Source of the DNA: an uncultured Candidatus Binatia bacterium
GTDB taxonomy: Bacteria; Desulfobacterota; Binatia; Bin18
Length of the DNA: 64,000 bases
Direction: 5' to 3'
NCBI GenBank assembly: GCA_965200965.1
Contig: OZ241744.1
Span: 1,952,001-2,016,000, forward strand
Position 1 is the first letter of the stretch, and every line of letters starts with the position of its first letter. Made by a program: the position numbers and the translations under genes. Below the pieces are notes generated by a model. The model was given only the letters and a program-made list of their open reading frames with translations, made no database searches and was not told the DNA's origin. Below are positions 1-9,697 of the stretch, piece after piece.

Positions 1-288
1 ATGGCTGAGTCGGTGCTCCTCATCGCGCTCAGCCTGGTCCTGGGGCTGGTCCTGGGGCTTGGCGGTCACTGGTATTTTGCGAGCTATGGCCTGGATATGC
101 GCACCTTCATCGAGACCGACCTGCCGATTGCCGGGACCGTCTTTGACCCTGTATTGTACTCGTCGCTGAGTCACGCGCGGATTCTCTGGGCGGTGAGTGT
201 GGTCGGCCTGCTCGCCCTGCTGATGGCCGTCTACCCGGCCTGGAAAGCCGCCCGAACCGAGCTGCCCGGGGCGCTGCGGACCATGTAG
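1..288 (+). CDS. ABC transporter permease (FtsX/LolE-like), C-terminal part, truncated by the window edge
   Basis: Hydrophobic helices ending in the typical YPAWKAA permease tail; directly upstream of an ABC ATPase. Confidence 0.8.
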   Translation: MAESVLLIALSLVLGLVLGLGGHWYFASYGLDMRTFIETDLPIAGTVFDPVLYSSLSHARILWAVSVVGLLALLMAVYPAWKAARTELPGALRTM

Positions 289-296
289 GAACAGCC

Positions 297-1013
297 ATGC
301 GAGCTCGGAGCGATTGGAGCGACTGGGCGGTCGCCCTCAAAGACGTGACCCGGACCTATCAGACCGACGGCTTGGCGGCACCCGCTTTACGCGGCCTTGA
401 CCTCCATGTCGCCGCGGACGACTTCCTGGCCATTGCCGGGCCGTCCGGCTCGGGCAAAACCACCCTGCTGAATATCATCGGTGGACTCGATCGGGCCGAC
501 AGCGGACAGGTGTGGGTGGCCGGCCACGATTTTCAAGCCCTGTCCAGCGGCCAGCTGGCCCGTTTGCGGCTCCACCACATCGGCTTTGTGTTTCAGGCCT
601 ATAACCTGATCCCGGTCCTGACCGCCCGGGAGAACGCCGAGTTCACCCTGCTGCTCCAGGGGGTTCCCGAACCGCAACGGCGGGCCCGCATCGACCGGCT
701 GTTCAGCGAGATTGGGCTGACCGGCCTTGAGGAGCGGCGGCCCACACAATTATCCGGTGGCCAGCAGCAGCGGGTGGCTGTTGCCAGGGCTATGGCAACC
801 CAGCCGGCCCTCATCCTGGCCGATGAGCCAACCGCCAATCTCGACTCGTCCACCGCCTCGGCCCTGCTCAACGTTATGGATCAACTCAACCGCTCGCACG
901 GCACAACATTCATCTTTTCGACCCACGACCCGCAGGTCATGGGTCGCGCCCGCCGTCTCATTCGGTTGCGGGACGGCCGGATTGTGAGTGACGAGCGGCA
1001 GCCCGGTCCCTGA
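297..1013 (+). CDS. ABC transporter ATP-binding protein (LolD/MacB-like)
   Basis: Walker A GPSGSGKT, signature LSGGQQQRV, Walker B ILADEPT, H-loop STHD. Confidence 0.95.
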   Translation: MRARSDWSDWAVALKDVTRTYQTDGLAAPALRGLDLHVAADDFLAIAGPSGSGKTTLLNIIGGLDRADSGQVWVAGHDFQALSSGQLARLRLHHIGFVFQAYNLIPVLTARENAEFTLLLQGVPEPQRRARIDRLFSEIGLTGLEERRPTQLSGGQQQRVAVARAMATQPALILADEPTANLDSSTASALLNVMDQLNRSHGTTFIFSTHDPQVMGRARRLIRLRDGRIVSDERQPGP

Positions 1014-1016
1014 GCC

Positions 1017-2240
1017 ATGACGGTCCGCCTGCGCCTTGGCCTGCTGCTCGGTGTGCTTGTCCACCTGAGTACCCCGCCCGACGCCTCAGCCCTGTGGCAG
1101 CATCACTCTGCCGACCGGTCGGTCCGTCTGAGCGGCTATATTAAAACCCTGGCTCTGGGTCAGCAGCCATCCCTGCCCGGCCTGTCGGATACGGCCACCG
1201 ACTTCACCCGGGCGCGGGTGATGCTAGAGGGTGAGGTCGGCAGTTGGCTGCGCTGGACCGTCCATTACGAGCATCTTGGCGTCATCAATCCGAGCGCCGA
1301 GACCACTACTGGACTGTTCTCCGGCGACCGCCGGGCTGGCGGCTCTTCGCTGCTGCCCTTTGAGTGGACAGCCCGGCAAAACAGCGGCTTTGTATGGCGG
1401 CACGGGCTGGACCGCGCGCATCTCCAGGTGAGCCTGCCCAGGGCCGATATCACGATTGGACGCCAAGCCCTCTCCTGGGGAGCTGGTCGGCTGTGGACGC
1501 CGGCCGACCTGTTTGTTGCCTTCTCTCCGGTTACGATTGACCAGGAGTTCAAGCCTGGGATAGACGCCGTCCGGGCCAGGGTTCCCCTGGACCAATTTTC
1601 CCAGATCGAAGCCGTCTACGCCGTGTTCGGTGTGGACTTTCGTCACCATGCCATCGGGCTGCGCGGCCAGACCAGTGTCCGGGATTTTGACCTTGGCCTG
1701 ATGGCCGGCAAGTTTTTTCACGACCTTGTGCTCGGGCCGTCCTTTGCCGGCGAAGTGCGGGGGGTCGGCATCCGGGGGGCCTTCACCTTTACCCGAAACA
1801 GCGCAGGGCGGGTCCAGGAAGCGCGGACATTTGTCCGTGCCGTCAGCAGTCTGGACTACCGTTTTCTGAGCGGTCTGTACGGCCTGCTCGAATACTATTA
1901 CAACGGCTTTGGCCAGACCGACGCTGGGGCCTACCCGCGCCTGTTTTCCTCTCGACGCCTGGCCCGGGGGGAGATCTTCAACCTCGGCCGGCACTACCTC
2001 GGCGGCCTGCTCAACTATGACTTCCACCCGCTCGTCCGCGGCAGTCTGTTCGGCCAGTGGAACCTGCTTGACCTGAGCGGCCTCGTCGGCCCGCTCATAA
2101 TCGTATCGCTCAGCGATGAGGCCGACCTGCGGCTGGGGGCCTATTTTCCGTGGGGCGACAGGATTCGTGGGGGCCGCATCCGCAGCGAGTACGGCCTGTA
2201 TCCGCGGATTTATTATGCGCAGCTGCGGCTGTATTTCTAA
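1017..2240 (+). CDS. Predicted outer-membrane beta-barrel protein associated with the ABC transporter
   Basis: Signal peptide, amphipathic beta-strands, C-terminal YAQLRLYF barrel signature. Confidence 0.65.
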   Translation: MTVRLRLGLLLGVLVHLSTPPDASALWQHHSADRSVRLSGYIKTLALGQQPSLPGLSDTATDFTRARVMLEGEVGSWLRWTVHYEHLGVINPSAETTTGLFSGDRRAGGSSLLPFEWTARQNSGFVWRHGLDRAHLQVSLPRADITIGRQALSWGAGRLWTPADLFVAFSPVTIDQEFKPGIDAVRARVPLDQFSQIEAVYAVFGVDFRHHAIGLRGQTSVRDFDLGLMAGKFFHDLVLGPSFAGEVRGVGIRGAFTFTRNSAGRVQEARTFVRAVSSLDYRFLSGLYGLLEYYYNGFGQTDAGAYPRLFSSRRLARGEIFNLGRHYLGGLLNYDFHPLVRGSLFGQWNLLDLSGLVGPLIIVSLSDEADLRLGAYFPWGDRIRGGRIRSEYGLYPRIYYAQLRLYF

Positions 2241-2307
2241 AGGAAGAAAACTCTGGCCTCTCAGACTCATCAGCCAGAACAGCCACAGACGTGAAAGGAG
2301 AGTCACC

Positions 2308-2540
2308 ATGTCCTCACCCGCTGTCACCACCCTGGTCAAGATGATGGAGGCATTGCCTGAAACCGTACAGGATCAAGTCGTCCGGCATCTGCGTGAGTAT
2401 CTTGGGCCGAGTTGTACGACGAGCAACAGTGGGACGCTACCTTCACAAAGACCCGTGCGCAACTGACGGCTGCGGCACGGCTCGCAAAACAAGACATTGC
2501 GGCTGGACAGGCAAAACCCCTGGACCCGGAGAAATTGTGA
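2308..2540 (+). pseudogene. Frameshifted type II antitoxin-like gene
   Basis: SD GAAAGGAG, then MSSPAVTTLVKMMEALPETVQDQVVRHLREYL. After removing one extra base near 2404 it continues AELYDEQQWDATF...GQAKPLDPEKL*. Its stop overlaps the toxin GTG (GTGA). Confidence 0.7.
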
Positions 2541-2799
2541 AGTCCGCCGCCCTGCCTTCCTTTTGGCGAGCCTACCGGCCTCTCAACTAGGCTCTCAAAC
2601 AGAGAGCCAGAAAAGCCTATCGTTTACAGGGATACAATCCGTTCATCCCTCCCCGCACTTCAAGTGCCTCAACGCCAAAGAAAACATCTGGGCAGTACGA
2701 ATAACCCGGGGCTACCAAGCACTTGGCATATGGGAGGGAGGCGCAGTGACATGGTTCTGGACAGGTAGTCACGACGATTATGGGCAGTTTTTTTCCCGA
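2537..2799 (+). pseudogene. Disrupted RelE/ParE/HigB-superfamily toxin
   Basis: VKSAALPSFWRAY, in-frame TAG at 2588-2590, frameshift near 2640, then HPSPHFKCLNAKENIWAVRITRGYQALG...WFWTGSHDDY. Confidence 0.7.
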
Positions 2800-2821
2800 C
2801 AGAGACGCGCTCCTGCTCAGC

Positions 2822-4012
2822 CTAGCGCCGCACGGCCGGTGCCTCAACCCCAAGACCCCGTCCCCGCCAGGCCAGATACAACTCAAGATTGACGTACTCG
2901 TCCGCCCCGTAGGCGAGCGGTTCGGCCCGGATAGCCGTATTGCACCAGGCAAACATGCGGTGGCTGGAGCCAAGGGTCTGCCAAGTGTGGCGATAGACCG
3001 GAAAGCCGTTGATCTGCCCCTGGCTGATGACCTCACCGCGCAGGCGTTGACCGGCATATCGTTCGTGACAATGGGCGCAGGCCATGTCGAGCTGACCCCG
3101 CCGGCGCTCAAAAAACGCCCTGCCGGCCTCAAAAAACGGCTTGGCCGGCCCCTCGATATCGACCTCCAGCGGCATGCCGCGCGACTCGAAGCTGAGCAGC
3201 GCGGTCAGGGCTAGCAACTCTTCGGATTCATACGCATAGGCGACCGCCCCGAGGCGTTCTTCACGGCAGCGGTTGATCTGTTGTTCGAGATTGATCAGCC
3301 TCTTGCGACGGGCGTCAAAACGGGGAAAGCGTGCGCGTGTCCCGCGCAGGTCGCTCGCCGCATGACAGCTCACGCACGACTTCTGGCTCGGACCGTGCGG
3401 TTGTGCCCACAGCTCGCCACCGCGCTCAACCCACAACAGGCCCGGATTGCCAAAGGGGTCGTCCTGCAAGCGTCTGTTTTCCTCGGACAGATAGGTAGAG
3501 CCCGAGCGGCGGCCGTCAACGCGATACGGATGGGCGAACGGCACGGTGGCTGGCGGTGGTGGCGGGGGAGCCGGTCCGTCGGTTCGCAGGCTGAGGAGAT
3601 AGGCAAGCACATCCTCAAGCTCTTGGGCATTCAGGATCGGCTTGCCGCGGTATCGCTCAAGGACCCGGTGTAAGCCGCGGGTTGTGGCATAGGCCGGCAT
3701 GATGGTGGCGGGGTTGAAGAGCTTGGGATTGACCAGGCGTAAGCGGAGCTCAGCCGCGGAATAGCGGCTGCCGACCCCATCCAGGGGCAGGCCCAGCGTC
3801 CCGTGAAACCGGCGCTCGGGCAGCGGCATGGCGTGACAGATCACGCAGTCGCCCCGCTGGCTGTCAAGCGCAATACGCCGCCCCCGTTCCACATCGCCGG
3901 GCTGTGCGGTAGGCGCGGGCGGCATCACACTGGCGCTGTCACCGGCAAGGCCAAGGCTCAGCCCGCCCACACCGACCAAGGCGGCCAAGACGACAACGAC
4001 AGCTCTCAACAT
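2822..4012 (-). CDS. soxXA: Fused SoxX-SoxA c-type cytochrome (three CxxCH motifs)
   Basis: Signal peptide. SoxX part: GDCVICH and TIMPAY. Pro-rich linker. SoxA part: NPGLLWVERG, SCVSCH, INRCREE, CAHCH, FPVYR, WCNTAIRAEP, LELYLAWRG..APAVR. Start placed at ATG 4012. Confidence 0.85.
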   Translation of the reverse strand: MLRAVVVVLAALVGVGGLSLGLAGDSASVMPPAPTAQPGDVERGRRIALDSQRGDCVICHAMPLPERRFHGTLGLPLDGVGSRYSAAELRLRLVNPKLFNPATIMPAYATTRGLHRVLERYRGKPILNAQELEDVLAYLLSLRTDGPAPPPPPPATVPFAHPYRVDGRRSGSTYLSEENRRLQDDPFGNPGLLWVERGGELWAQPHGPSQKSCVSCHAASDLRGTRARFPRFDARRKRLINLEQQINRCREERLGAVAYAYESEELLALTALLSFESRGMPLEVDIEGPAKPFFEAGRAFFERRRGQLDMACAHCHERYAGQRLRGEVISQGQINGFPVYRHTWQTLGSSHRMFAWCNTAIRAEPLAYGADEYVNLELYLAWRGRGLGVEAPAVRR

Positions 4013-4013
4013 C

Positions 4014-5276
4014 CTAGCCAAAGGTATCAGATGTGATATTGGCGTACCACGACCGGGCATACTCGGCCTCCAGGGCACGGATCGCGTCTGGTGCATCAAG
4101 CGGACTGGTCCCGCTTGAGCTGGGCGCAATTGTGTTGTTTTCAACACGGTAGACCGCGGTAATGGAAATCGCGTAGTCAGGCGCGACCAGGCTGTAGCAG
4201 GTGTTCATCAGGACCGGCTCTGGCCGCGGCTTGCCGCGGAGTTGGGCGACAATCGCCAGCGCGCAGGCTTTGGCCTGGACATTGGCGCTGAAAGCCGACT
4301 TGGGCATGGGGTTGGCGAGGGCAGCATCGCCAATAATATGCACATCCGGGTGGACGGTTGATGCAAAACTGCGGCCTTTGATCGGACACCAGCCTGTGTC
4401 CCGGTCCAGCCCGGCAGTCCGGGCAATGGCCGCGGCCTGTTGTGGCGCAATGATATTGGCCACCGCGGGTTTATATTCCTCAAATTCGGTGCGGACGACA
4501 CCGGCCCGGCTATCAACCCCGATGACCCGTCCGCCCTGGGCCGCCGGCACCCATTCAAGCAGACCAGGATAGAAGCGCTGCCAGGCGGCCAGAAACAGGG
4601 TGTCCTTGGTGAAGCTGTCCTTAGCGTCCAGGATCAGGAGTTTTGAGTTGGGCTTAGCGCGTGTGAGGTAGTGGGCGATGAGACTCGCTCGCTCGTAGGG
4701 GCCTGGCGGACAGCGGTAAGGCGTTTCCGGGACGCTGATCACCACCAGCCCGCCATCGGGCATGGTTTGGAGTTGACGCCGCAACAGGAGCGTTTGCGGC
4801 CCGGCCTGCCAGGCGTGGGGGAAGACCTCGGCTGCCGCCCGGTCGTAGCCCTCCAGCACTCCCCAGCGCAGCCCAATACCCGGCGAGAGGACGAGTTTGT
4901 CGTAGGCCAAGGTCCGGCCGTCGGCCAGCCAGAGACGATGGCGGGCTGGATCAAGCCGGGTGGCCTGGCCGTGGATGAGCCGCATGCCGTAGCGTTCCTG
5001 GAGGGCATGGTGGCTATAGGTCAGGGAGGCAAGGTCGCGCAGACCGACCAGGGCGGCGTTGCTGAACGGACAGCTGATAAACCACTCCTCCGCGGTCACC
5101 AGGCTGACTTCCAGCCCGGGGTCGGCCTGGCGCAGGTATTTGGCGCAGGTCGACCCGCCAAAGCCGCCGCCAACCACCACGACCCGCGCCGAGGTTTTTG
5201 CTGAGGCGCGGCACCTCGGCAGCCCGGCGAGGGGCAGGCTGGCAGCGGTGCTGAGCAGCTGGCGACGGGTCAGCAT
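4014..5276 (-). CDS. soxF: Flavocytochrome c sulfide dehydrogenase flavoprotein subunit (SoxF/FccB)
   Basis: Tat signal TRRQLL, GGGFGG FAD motif, SCPFSN, YRCPPGPYER, MPKSAFSAN, NTCYS. Confidence 0.9.
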   Translation of the reverse strand: MLTRRQLLSTAASLPLAGLPRCRASAKTSARVVVVGGGFGGSTCAKYLRQADPGLEVSLVTAEEWFISCPFSNAALVGLRDLASLTYSHHALQERYGMRLIHGQATRLDPARHRLWLADGRTLAYDKLVLSPGIGLRWGVLEGYDRAAAEVFPHAWQAGPQTLLLRRQLQTMPDGGLVVISVPETPYRCPPGPYERASLIAHYLTRAKPNSKLLILDAKDSFTKDTLFLAAWQRFYPGLLEWVPAAQGGRVIGVDSRAGVVRTEFEEYKPAVANIIAPQQAAAIARTAGLDRDTGWCPIKGRSFASTVHPDVHIIGDAALANPMPKSAFSANVQAKACALAIVAQLRGKPRPEPVLMNTCYSLVAPDYAISITAVYRVENNTIAPSSSGTSPLDAPDAIRALEAEYARSWYANITSDTFG

Positions 5277-5312
5277 GAGCTTACGGCATGTCCTTGGGAG
5301 CCTGCGTACATG

Positions 5313-5630
5313 TCACGATTTGGTGAAATGGGCGGCTACGGCCTCAATATCCGCGGCGGCAAGCCCCCTGGCAATGGAGGGCATGACGGTCCCCCCGCGG
5401 CCTCCGGTCCGAAACGCCTGCATGGCCTGCCTGAAGGCGTCAGCTGACAGCCCGTCAAGCCCGGGAATCGCCCCCTGACTGCGGCCTTCAGGACCGTGGC
5501 AGACGACGCAGGCCGCGGCCAGGGCCTCGCCTCGGGCGGACGGGGGGCCTGCGCTGGCCGAACTGGCGAGCGGCAGGCCCGGGAACAGGTCCAGGATCAG
5601 GACTAGGCACAGGACCGGAAGCGGTGTCAC
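5313..5630 (-). CDS. Small monoheme cytochrome c (FccA/c553-like partner of SoxF)
   Basis: Signal peptide, CVVCH, GTVMPSIA Met ligand; GTG start overlaps the soxZ stop. Confidence 0.8.
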   Translation of the reverse strand: MTPLPVLCLVLILDLFPGLPLASSASAGPPSARGEALAAACVVCHGPEGRSQGAIPGLDGLSADAFRQAMQAFRTGGRGGTVMPSIARGLAAADIEAVAAHFTKS

Positions 5631-5950
5631 GCGCTGACCGTAATGGCGACCCGCTCGGAGGTGGTGGTGCCGTCGTCGTCTGTCCACATGAACTCCAGTT
5701 CTCCCGAAGAGTGCGCGGTGGTGAAAAACGAAAAATAGGGGTTGGCGGCAATGCCGGGAAACAGCTCGGCGTGAAAAACCGGCTGGCCGTTATACCGACA
5801 GATGAGGGTATGGACGATGTTCTTGGGAATTGTGCGGCCCACATTGTCATACCGCTGGCCGGTTTCCATAGGATGACGGATGAGGAGGCGGACCTCAAAG
5901 ACCTGCCCGCGGGTGAGCGTCCGGGGAACATGGATTCTGGCGGTGGCCAC
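5627..5950 (-). CDS. soxZ: Sulfur carrier complex protein SoxZ
   Basis: LIRHPMETG, IAANPYFSF, WTDDDG motifs. Confidence 0.9.
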   Translation of the reverse strand: MATARIHVPRTLTRGQVFEVRLLIRHPMETGQRYDNVGRTIPKNIVHTLICRYNGQPVFHAELFPGIAANPYFSFFTTAHSSGELEFMWTDDDGTTTSERVAITVSA

Positions 5951-5953
5951 TGT

Positions 5954-6418
5954 TCAGAGCCCTTCGCCGCAGGCCGCGGCAGTGACTACGACGTGTGCGG
6001 AAGCCAGCCACGCCGAGCCGTCGTTCATCTCGGCCAACGCCACTACCCGCTGTGTGCCGGCCAGCCGAATCCGGGTGCTCACCTCGGCCCGTCCGGTCTG
6101 CGGACTGAGGGAAAAGCGGGCAATGATCGGCTGGGGGTTTTTTTCAGCAAAGATATGGATACGCTTGACATGCGCCTTGGCAGTCATGGGGCTTTCGACC
6201 CGGACGCTGAGGCGTACCGAGTTGCCGCTTTCGGCCAGGGCCGGCAGGCTGAGTCTGACCCGCCCGGGGCGGGGCGGCCGCCCGCCCGTTGCCTCACGAA
6301 TCAGGGGCCGGAGCCTGTTGGGCACGGTGGCGGAGGCCGGGCGGGGGATGAGGAGCGGCACAAGCAGCAGGCCTAGCAGCCGGCGGCGGGGCAGGCGGTC
6401 AGACCAGGCGGAACTCAT
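5954..6418 (-). CDS. SoxY paralog with a non-canonical C-terminal arm (VTAAACGEGL; AACIE-arm type)
   Basis: Tat-like RRRLL, PALAESGNSV, AEKNPQP, STRIRLAGTQ; lacks GGCGG. Confidence 0.85.
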   Translation of the reverse strand: MSSAWSDRLPRRRLLGLLLVPLLIPRPASATVPNRLRPLIREATGGRPPRPGRVRLSLPALAESGNSVRLSVRVESPMTAKAHVKRIHIFAEKNPQPIIARFSLSPQTGRAEVSTRIRLAGTQRVVALAEMNDGSAWLASAHVVVTAAACGEGL

Positions 6419-8573
6419 GGCACGTGAGCGGCAGCGAGCGGATGCGTTTGCCGGTAGCGGCGAACAGCGCGTTGCACAAGGCCGGTGCCAGCGGGGCCAT
6501 GCCCGGCTCTCCGACCCCGCCCCAAAAGCCGCCGCTGGGGGCCAGGATCGTTTCGACCTTGGGCATCTCGGCAATCCGCATCATCGGATAGTTATGAAAA
6601 TTGGACTGTTCAACCCGACCGTCCCTAATGGTGATCTCGCCGTACAGGGCAGCGGTCAGCGCATACACTACGCTGCCTTCGAGCTGATCCCGCACTGAGT
6701 CGGGATTGACGACATAGCCGCAGTCAATGCCGACGAGGACCCGGTGGATGTGGAACTCGCCGGGGGCGCGCAGCGATAGCTCAATCACGGCCGCGGTATA
6801 GCTGCCGTAGGAGTCCTGTACGGCAATGCCGCGATGCACGCCCTCAGGCGCTGGCGTGTTCCAGTGTGCGGCCTTGGCTACGGCGTCAAGAATGGCCAAG
6901 TCTTTGGGGGCCTCGGCCAGGAGTTTGCGGCGGAACTGATACGGGTCCTGACCGGCCGCCTGGGCGAGTTCGTCAATAAAGCACTCCCGAAAGAAGGGGT
7001 TATGGGTATGAGCTACTGCCCGCCATGGCCCGGGCGGCACATGGGTGTTACGCATGGCGTATTCCATTCGCATATGGGGAAAGGCGTAGGGCGTGTCGGC
7101 AAAGGTCCGAACGCCGACCAGATCAACCCCGTCGCGGACGAGGCTGGGCCAGGCCTCGGCGAAAATCGACGGCTCGGCCTGACGCACAAACCAGGCCGTT
7201 GGCTGGCCCGAGGCGTCGAGGCCGGCTTTCATGCGAACGAGGGCTACCGGTCGATAGCGGCCGTGCTGGATATCCTCTTCTCTGGACCAGATCAGCTTGA
7301 CCGGGACGCCGGGCATGGTTGTGGCGATCGTAACCGCCTGGCGCACAAACTCGATAAAACGCCCCCGACGGCCAAAGCCGCCTCCTAAGTGGACTTTGTG
7401 AACCTCAACCTGATGAATCGCCACCTGGGCGGTTTCGGCGGCCACGGCTGCGGTGGCCTCGCTGTTCTGGCACGGGGCCCAGACATCGACACGGCTGGCG
7501 GCGTACAGCGCTGTGCAGTTCTGGGGTTCCATAGTGGCGTGTTCGAGGTAGGGCGCGGAGTATTCGGCCTCAACCGTCTGTGCCGCGGTGGATAAGGCGG
7601 CCTCAACATCTCCCTGCTGGCGGGAGACCGGGGCCTGTTTGAGGGCGATGCCCTCGCGCAGGAAGTCCATAATACTGGCGCTGCTGACGTTGGCGTTGTC
7701 GCCAAAATCCCACTCAATCGGCAGGGCGCGGAGCGCCTGGTGGGCGTTCCACCAGCTTTCCTTGGCCACTACAATGACCGCGTCTTCCAGGGGCAGGACT
7801 TTGAGCACCCCGCGCATGTCGGCGATTTTTTCAGCCGCGGCACTCTTCAGCCGGCCGCCAAACACCGGGCACTGGGCAATGGCGGCGTAGACCATGCCCG
7901 GCAGCCGGGTATCAATCGCAAACGCGGTCGTGCCGGTCACTTTGTCGGGTATATCGAAGCGAGCCGTGGGCCGCCCGATGAGGGTCCAGTCTGCGGGGTC
8001 TTTGAGCGGTGGGTCGGCGGGGATCGGCAGCTTGGCGGCCTCAGCCGCTACCTCGCCGAAACGCAGCCGGCGGTCTGTCCGCGGGTGGCTGATGAGGCCC
8101 TCCTCGGCCACACACTCGGCGACCGGTACGCCCCACCGTCGGGCCGCGGCGGTGGTGAGCATAATCCGGGCCGCGGCCCCGGCTTGGCGCAGATACTCGT
8201 GGCTGTCACGGATCGACCGGCTGCCTCCGGTCAGCATCGGGCCGTAGATGCGGTTGCGCCGGAGGTGTTCGCTGGTAGACGCATACTCGGCCCGGACTTT
8301 GCCCCAGTCACAGGCCATCTCTTCGGCAACCAGCAGCGGCAGGCCGGTGAAGCTGCCCTGGCCCATTTCCACCCGGGCTACCCGTATGGTGATGCTATCG
8401 TCTGGGTGAACCAGAATCCAGGCGGTGACTTCCGGGTCGGATTCACCAGCTGGGGGCGGCTGACCCTCAGCCAAAGCCCAGCCGGGAAGCGTAACTTCCA
8501 GCAGCAGGCCGCCGCCAACCGTGGCAGACCGGAGGAGAAACGAACGACGGGAGAGATTCGACGCCTGTTGCAT
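6399..8573 (-). CDS. Xanthine oxidase-family molybdopterin-binding subunit (isoquinoline 1-oxidoreductase beta/aldehyde oxidoreductase type), Tat-exported
   Basis: LSRRSFL Tat motif, EMGQG, TGGSRS, HATMEP, GGGFGRR, GGVGEPG, CNALFAATGKRIRSLP. Confidence 0.9.
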   Translation of the reverse strand: MQQASNLSRRSFLLRSATVGGGLLLEVTLPGWALAEGQPPPAGESDPEVTAWILVHPDDSITIRVARVEMGQGSFTGLPLLVAEEMACDWGKVRAEYASTSEHLRRNRIYGPMLTGGSRSIRDSHEYLRQAGAAARIMLTTAAARRWGVPVAECVAEEGLISHPRTDRRLRFGEVAAEAAKLPIPADPPLKDPADWTLIGRPTARFDIPDKVTGTTAFAIDTRLPGMVYAAIAQCPVFGGRLKSAAAEKIADMRGVLKVLPLEDAVIVVAKESWWNAHQALRALPIEWDFGDNANVSSASIMDFLREGIALKQAPVSRQQGDVEAALSTAAQTVEAEYSAPYLEHATMEPQNCTALYAASRVDVWAPCQNSEATAAVAAETAQVAIHQVEVHKVHLGGGFGRRGRFIEFVRQAVTIATTMPGVPVKLIWSREEDIQHGRYRPVALVRMKAGLDASGQPTAWFVRQAEPSIFAEAWPSLVRDGVDLVGVRTFADTPYAFPHMRMEYAMRNTHVPPGPWRAVAHTHNPFFRECFIDELAQAAGQDPYQFRRKLLAEAPKDLAILDAVAKAAHWNTPAPEGVHRGIAVQDSYGSYTAAVIELSLRAPGEFHIHRVLVGIDCGYVVNPDSVRDQLEGSVVYALTAALYGEITIRDGRVEQSNFHNYPMMRIAEMPKVETILAPSGGFWGGVGEPGMAPLAPALCNALFAATGKRIRSLPLTCHEFRLV

Positions 8574-8583
8574 TATCGCCCCC

Positions 8584-9042
8584 TCATGCCTGTGTGGCCG
8601 ACTTGGCCGCGGTATGAATGGCGGCCCGAATCCGCGCATAGGTTCCGCAGCGGCAGATATTGGTGATGAACTCGTTGATATCGGTGTCGGTCGGCTTGGG
8701 CTTTTTTGCCAGCAGGGCCGCGGCTGCCATAATCATCCCGGTCTGACAATAGCCGCACTGCGGCACCTGATGCGCAACCCAGGCCCGCTGCAAGGCGTGG
8801 CTGCCCTCTTTGGACAGCCCCTCTATGGTCGTGATGTCCTTGCCGGCAGCGATCGAGACCGGCATCACGCACGAGCGCACCGCCTCGCCGTCCAGATGGA
8901 CAGTACACGCCCCGCACAGGGACATCCCACAGCCGTACTTTGCTCCGGTCAGCCCCAGGATATCCCGCAGCACCCACAGCAGGCGCATATCGGGGCTGAT
9001 ATCGAGACGGTGTTCTGTTCCGTTTACGGTCAGCACAATCAT
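8584..9042 (-). CDS. (2Fe-2S)-binding small subunit (IorA/CoxS type)
   Basis: [31 protein letters not shown]. Confidence 0.95.
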   Translation of the reverse strand: MIVLTVNGTEHRLDISPDMRLLWVLRDILGLTGAKYGCGMSLCGACTVHLDGEAVRSCVMPVSIAAGKDITTIEGLSKEGSHALQRAWVAHQVPQCGYCQTGMIMAAAALLAKKPKPTDTDINEFITNICRCGTYARIRAAIHTAAKSATQA

Positions 9043-9062
9043 AACGGTCTCCCTTGTCTTCG

Positions 9063-9695
9063 CTACATCATATGCGGGGACAGCCCTAGGTCAGCCAAGT
9101 CCTGCCAGTAGGCTTCGGCGGGGACCATGCCGATCTGGCGCTTTTTGCCGCCCATAATGACCGTCGGCACGGCGCTGATCAGGTAGCTATCAACCGCCTC
9201 AAGGCACTGCTGGCGCACGGTATCCTGAAACGCCTTGTCCTCAATATCGCGCAGGAACGCGGTCATATCCAGACCGCAGGTACGCGCGACCGCTACGAGG
9301 TTGTCCTTGTCAATGAGACTCTTGCTGTCAATGAAAAAAGCCCGAAACAGCCCGGTATGAAAGTTCAGGAAGAGGTCCTCGCCCTGACGTTGGGCGGCCA
9401 CGCCGGCTTCCAGGCCCGGCATACTCCAGCGCGGAAACTCTTCGTGCGGCCACATGGTGTAGGACAGGCTGTCCGGCTCGGCCAGGGACGAGGCGTGTTG
9501 CCAGGCATATTCCACACGGCTGCCGCTGAACTGAAACGGCCGGGGGTCGTAGTGCGGACGGAGGGCGAACGGGTGCCACTTGATGCTGACCCGTTCGCCG
9601 TAGTGCTGTTTGATCTGGTGCAGGCGCACGGCCGCTGGATAACACCAGGGTCACAGATAGTCAGAGAACTCGAGGATTTCGATTGGAGCGTCCAT
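9063..9695 (-). CDS. DsbA/FrnE-family thioredoxin-fold protein with in-frame UGA (UxxC); probable selenoprotein
   Basis: ATG at 9695 gives [17 protein letters not shown](9653-9651)[10 protein letters not shown], in frame with the 188 aa ORF; cis-Pro motif ISAVPT; hairpin directly 3' of the UGA. Confidence 0.8.
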
Positions 9696-9697
9696 GT

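Noticed and set aside
1224-2339. Long antisense ORFs (also 7740-8666, 14185-15189, 24456-25583, 30711-31766, 45872-47251)
   Set aside because: Shadow ORFs opposite well-supported genes; expected at high GC and without recognisable motifs
2822-6418. Calling the region a complete thiosulfate-oxidising Sox pathway
   Set aside because: No soxB or soxCD, and SoxY lacks the GGCGG arm
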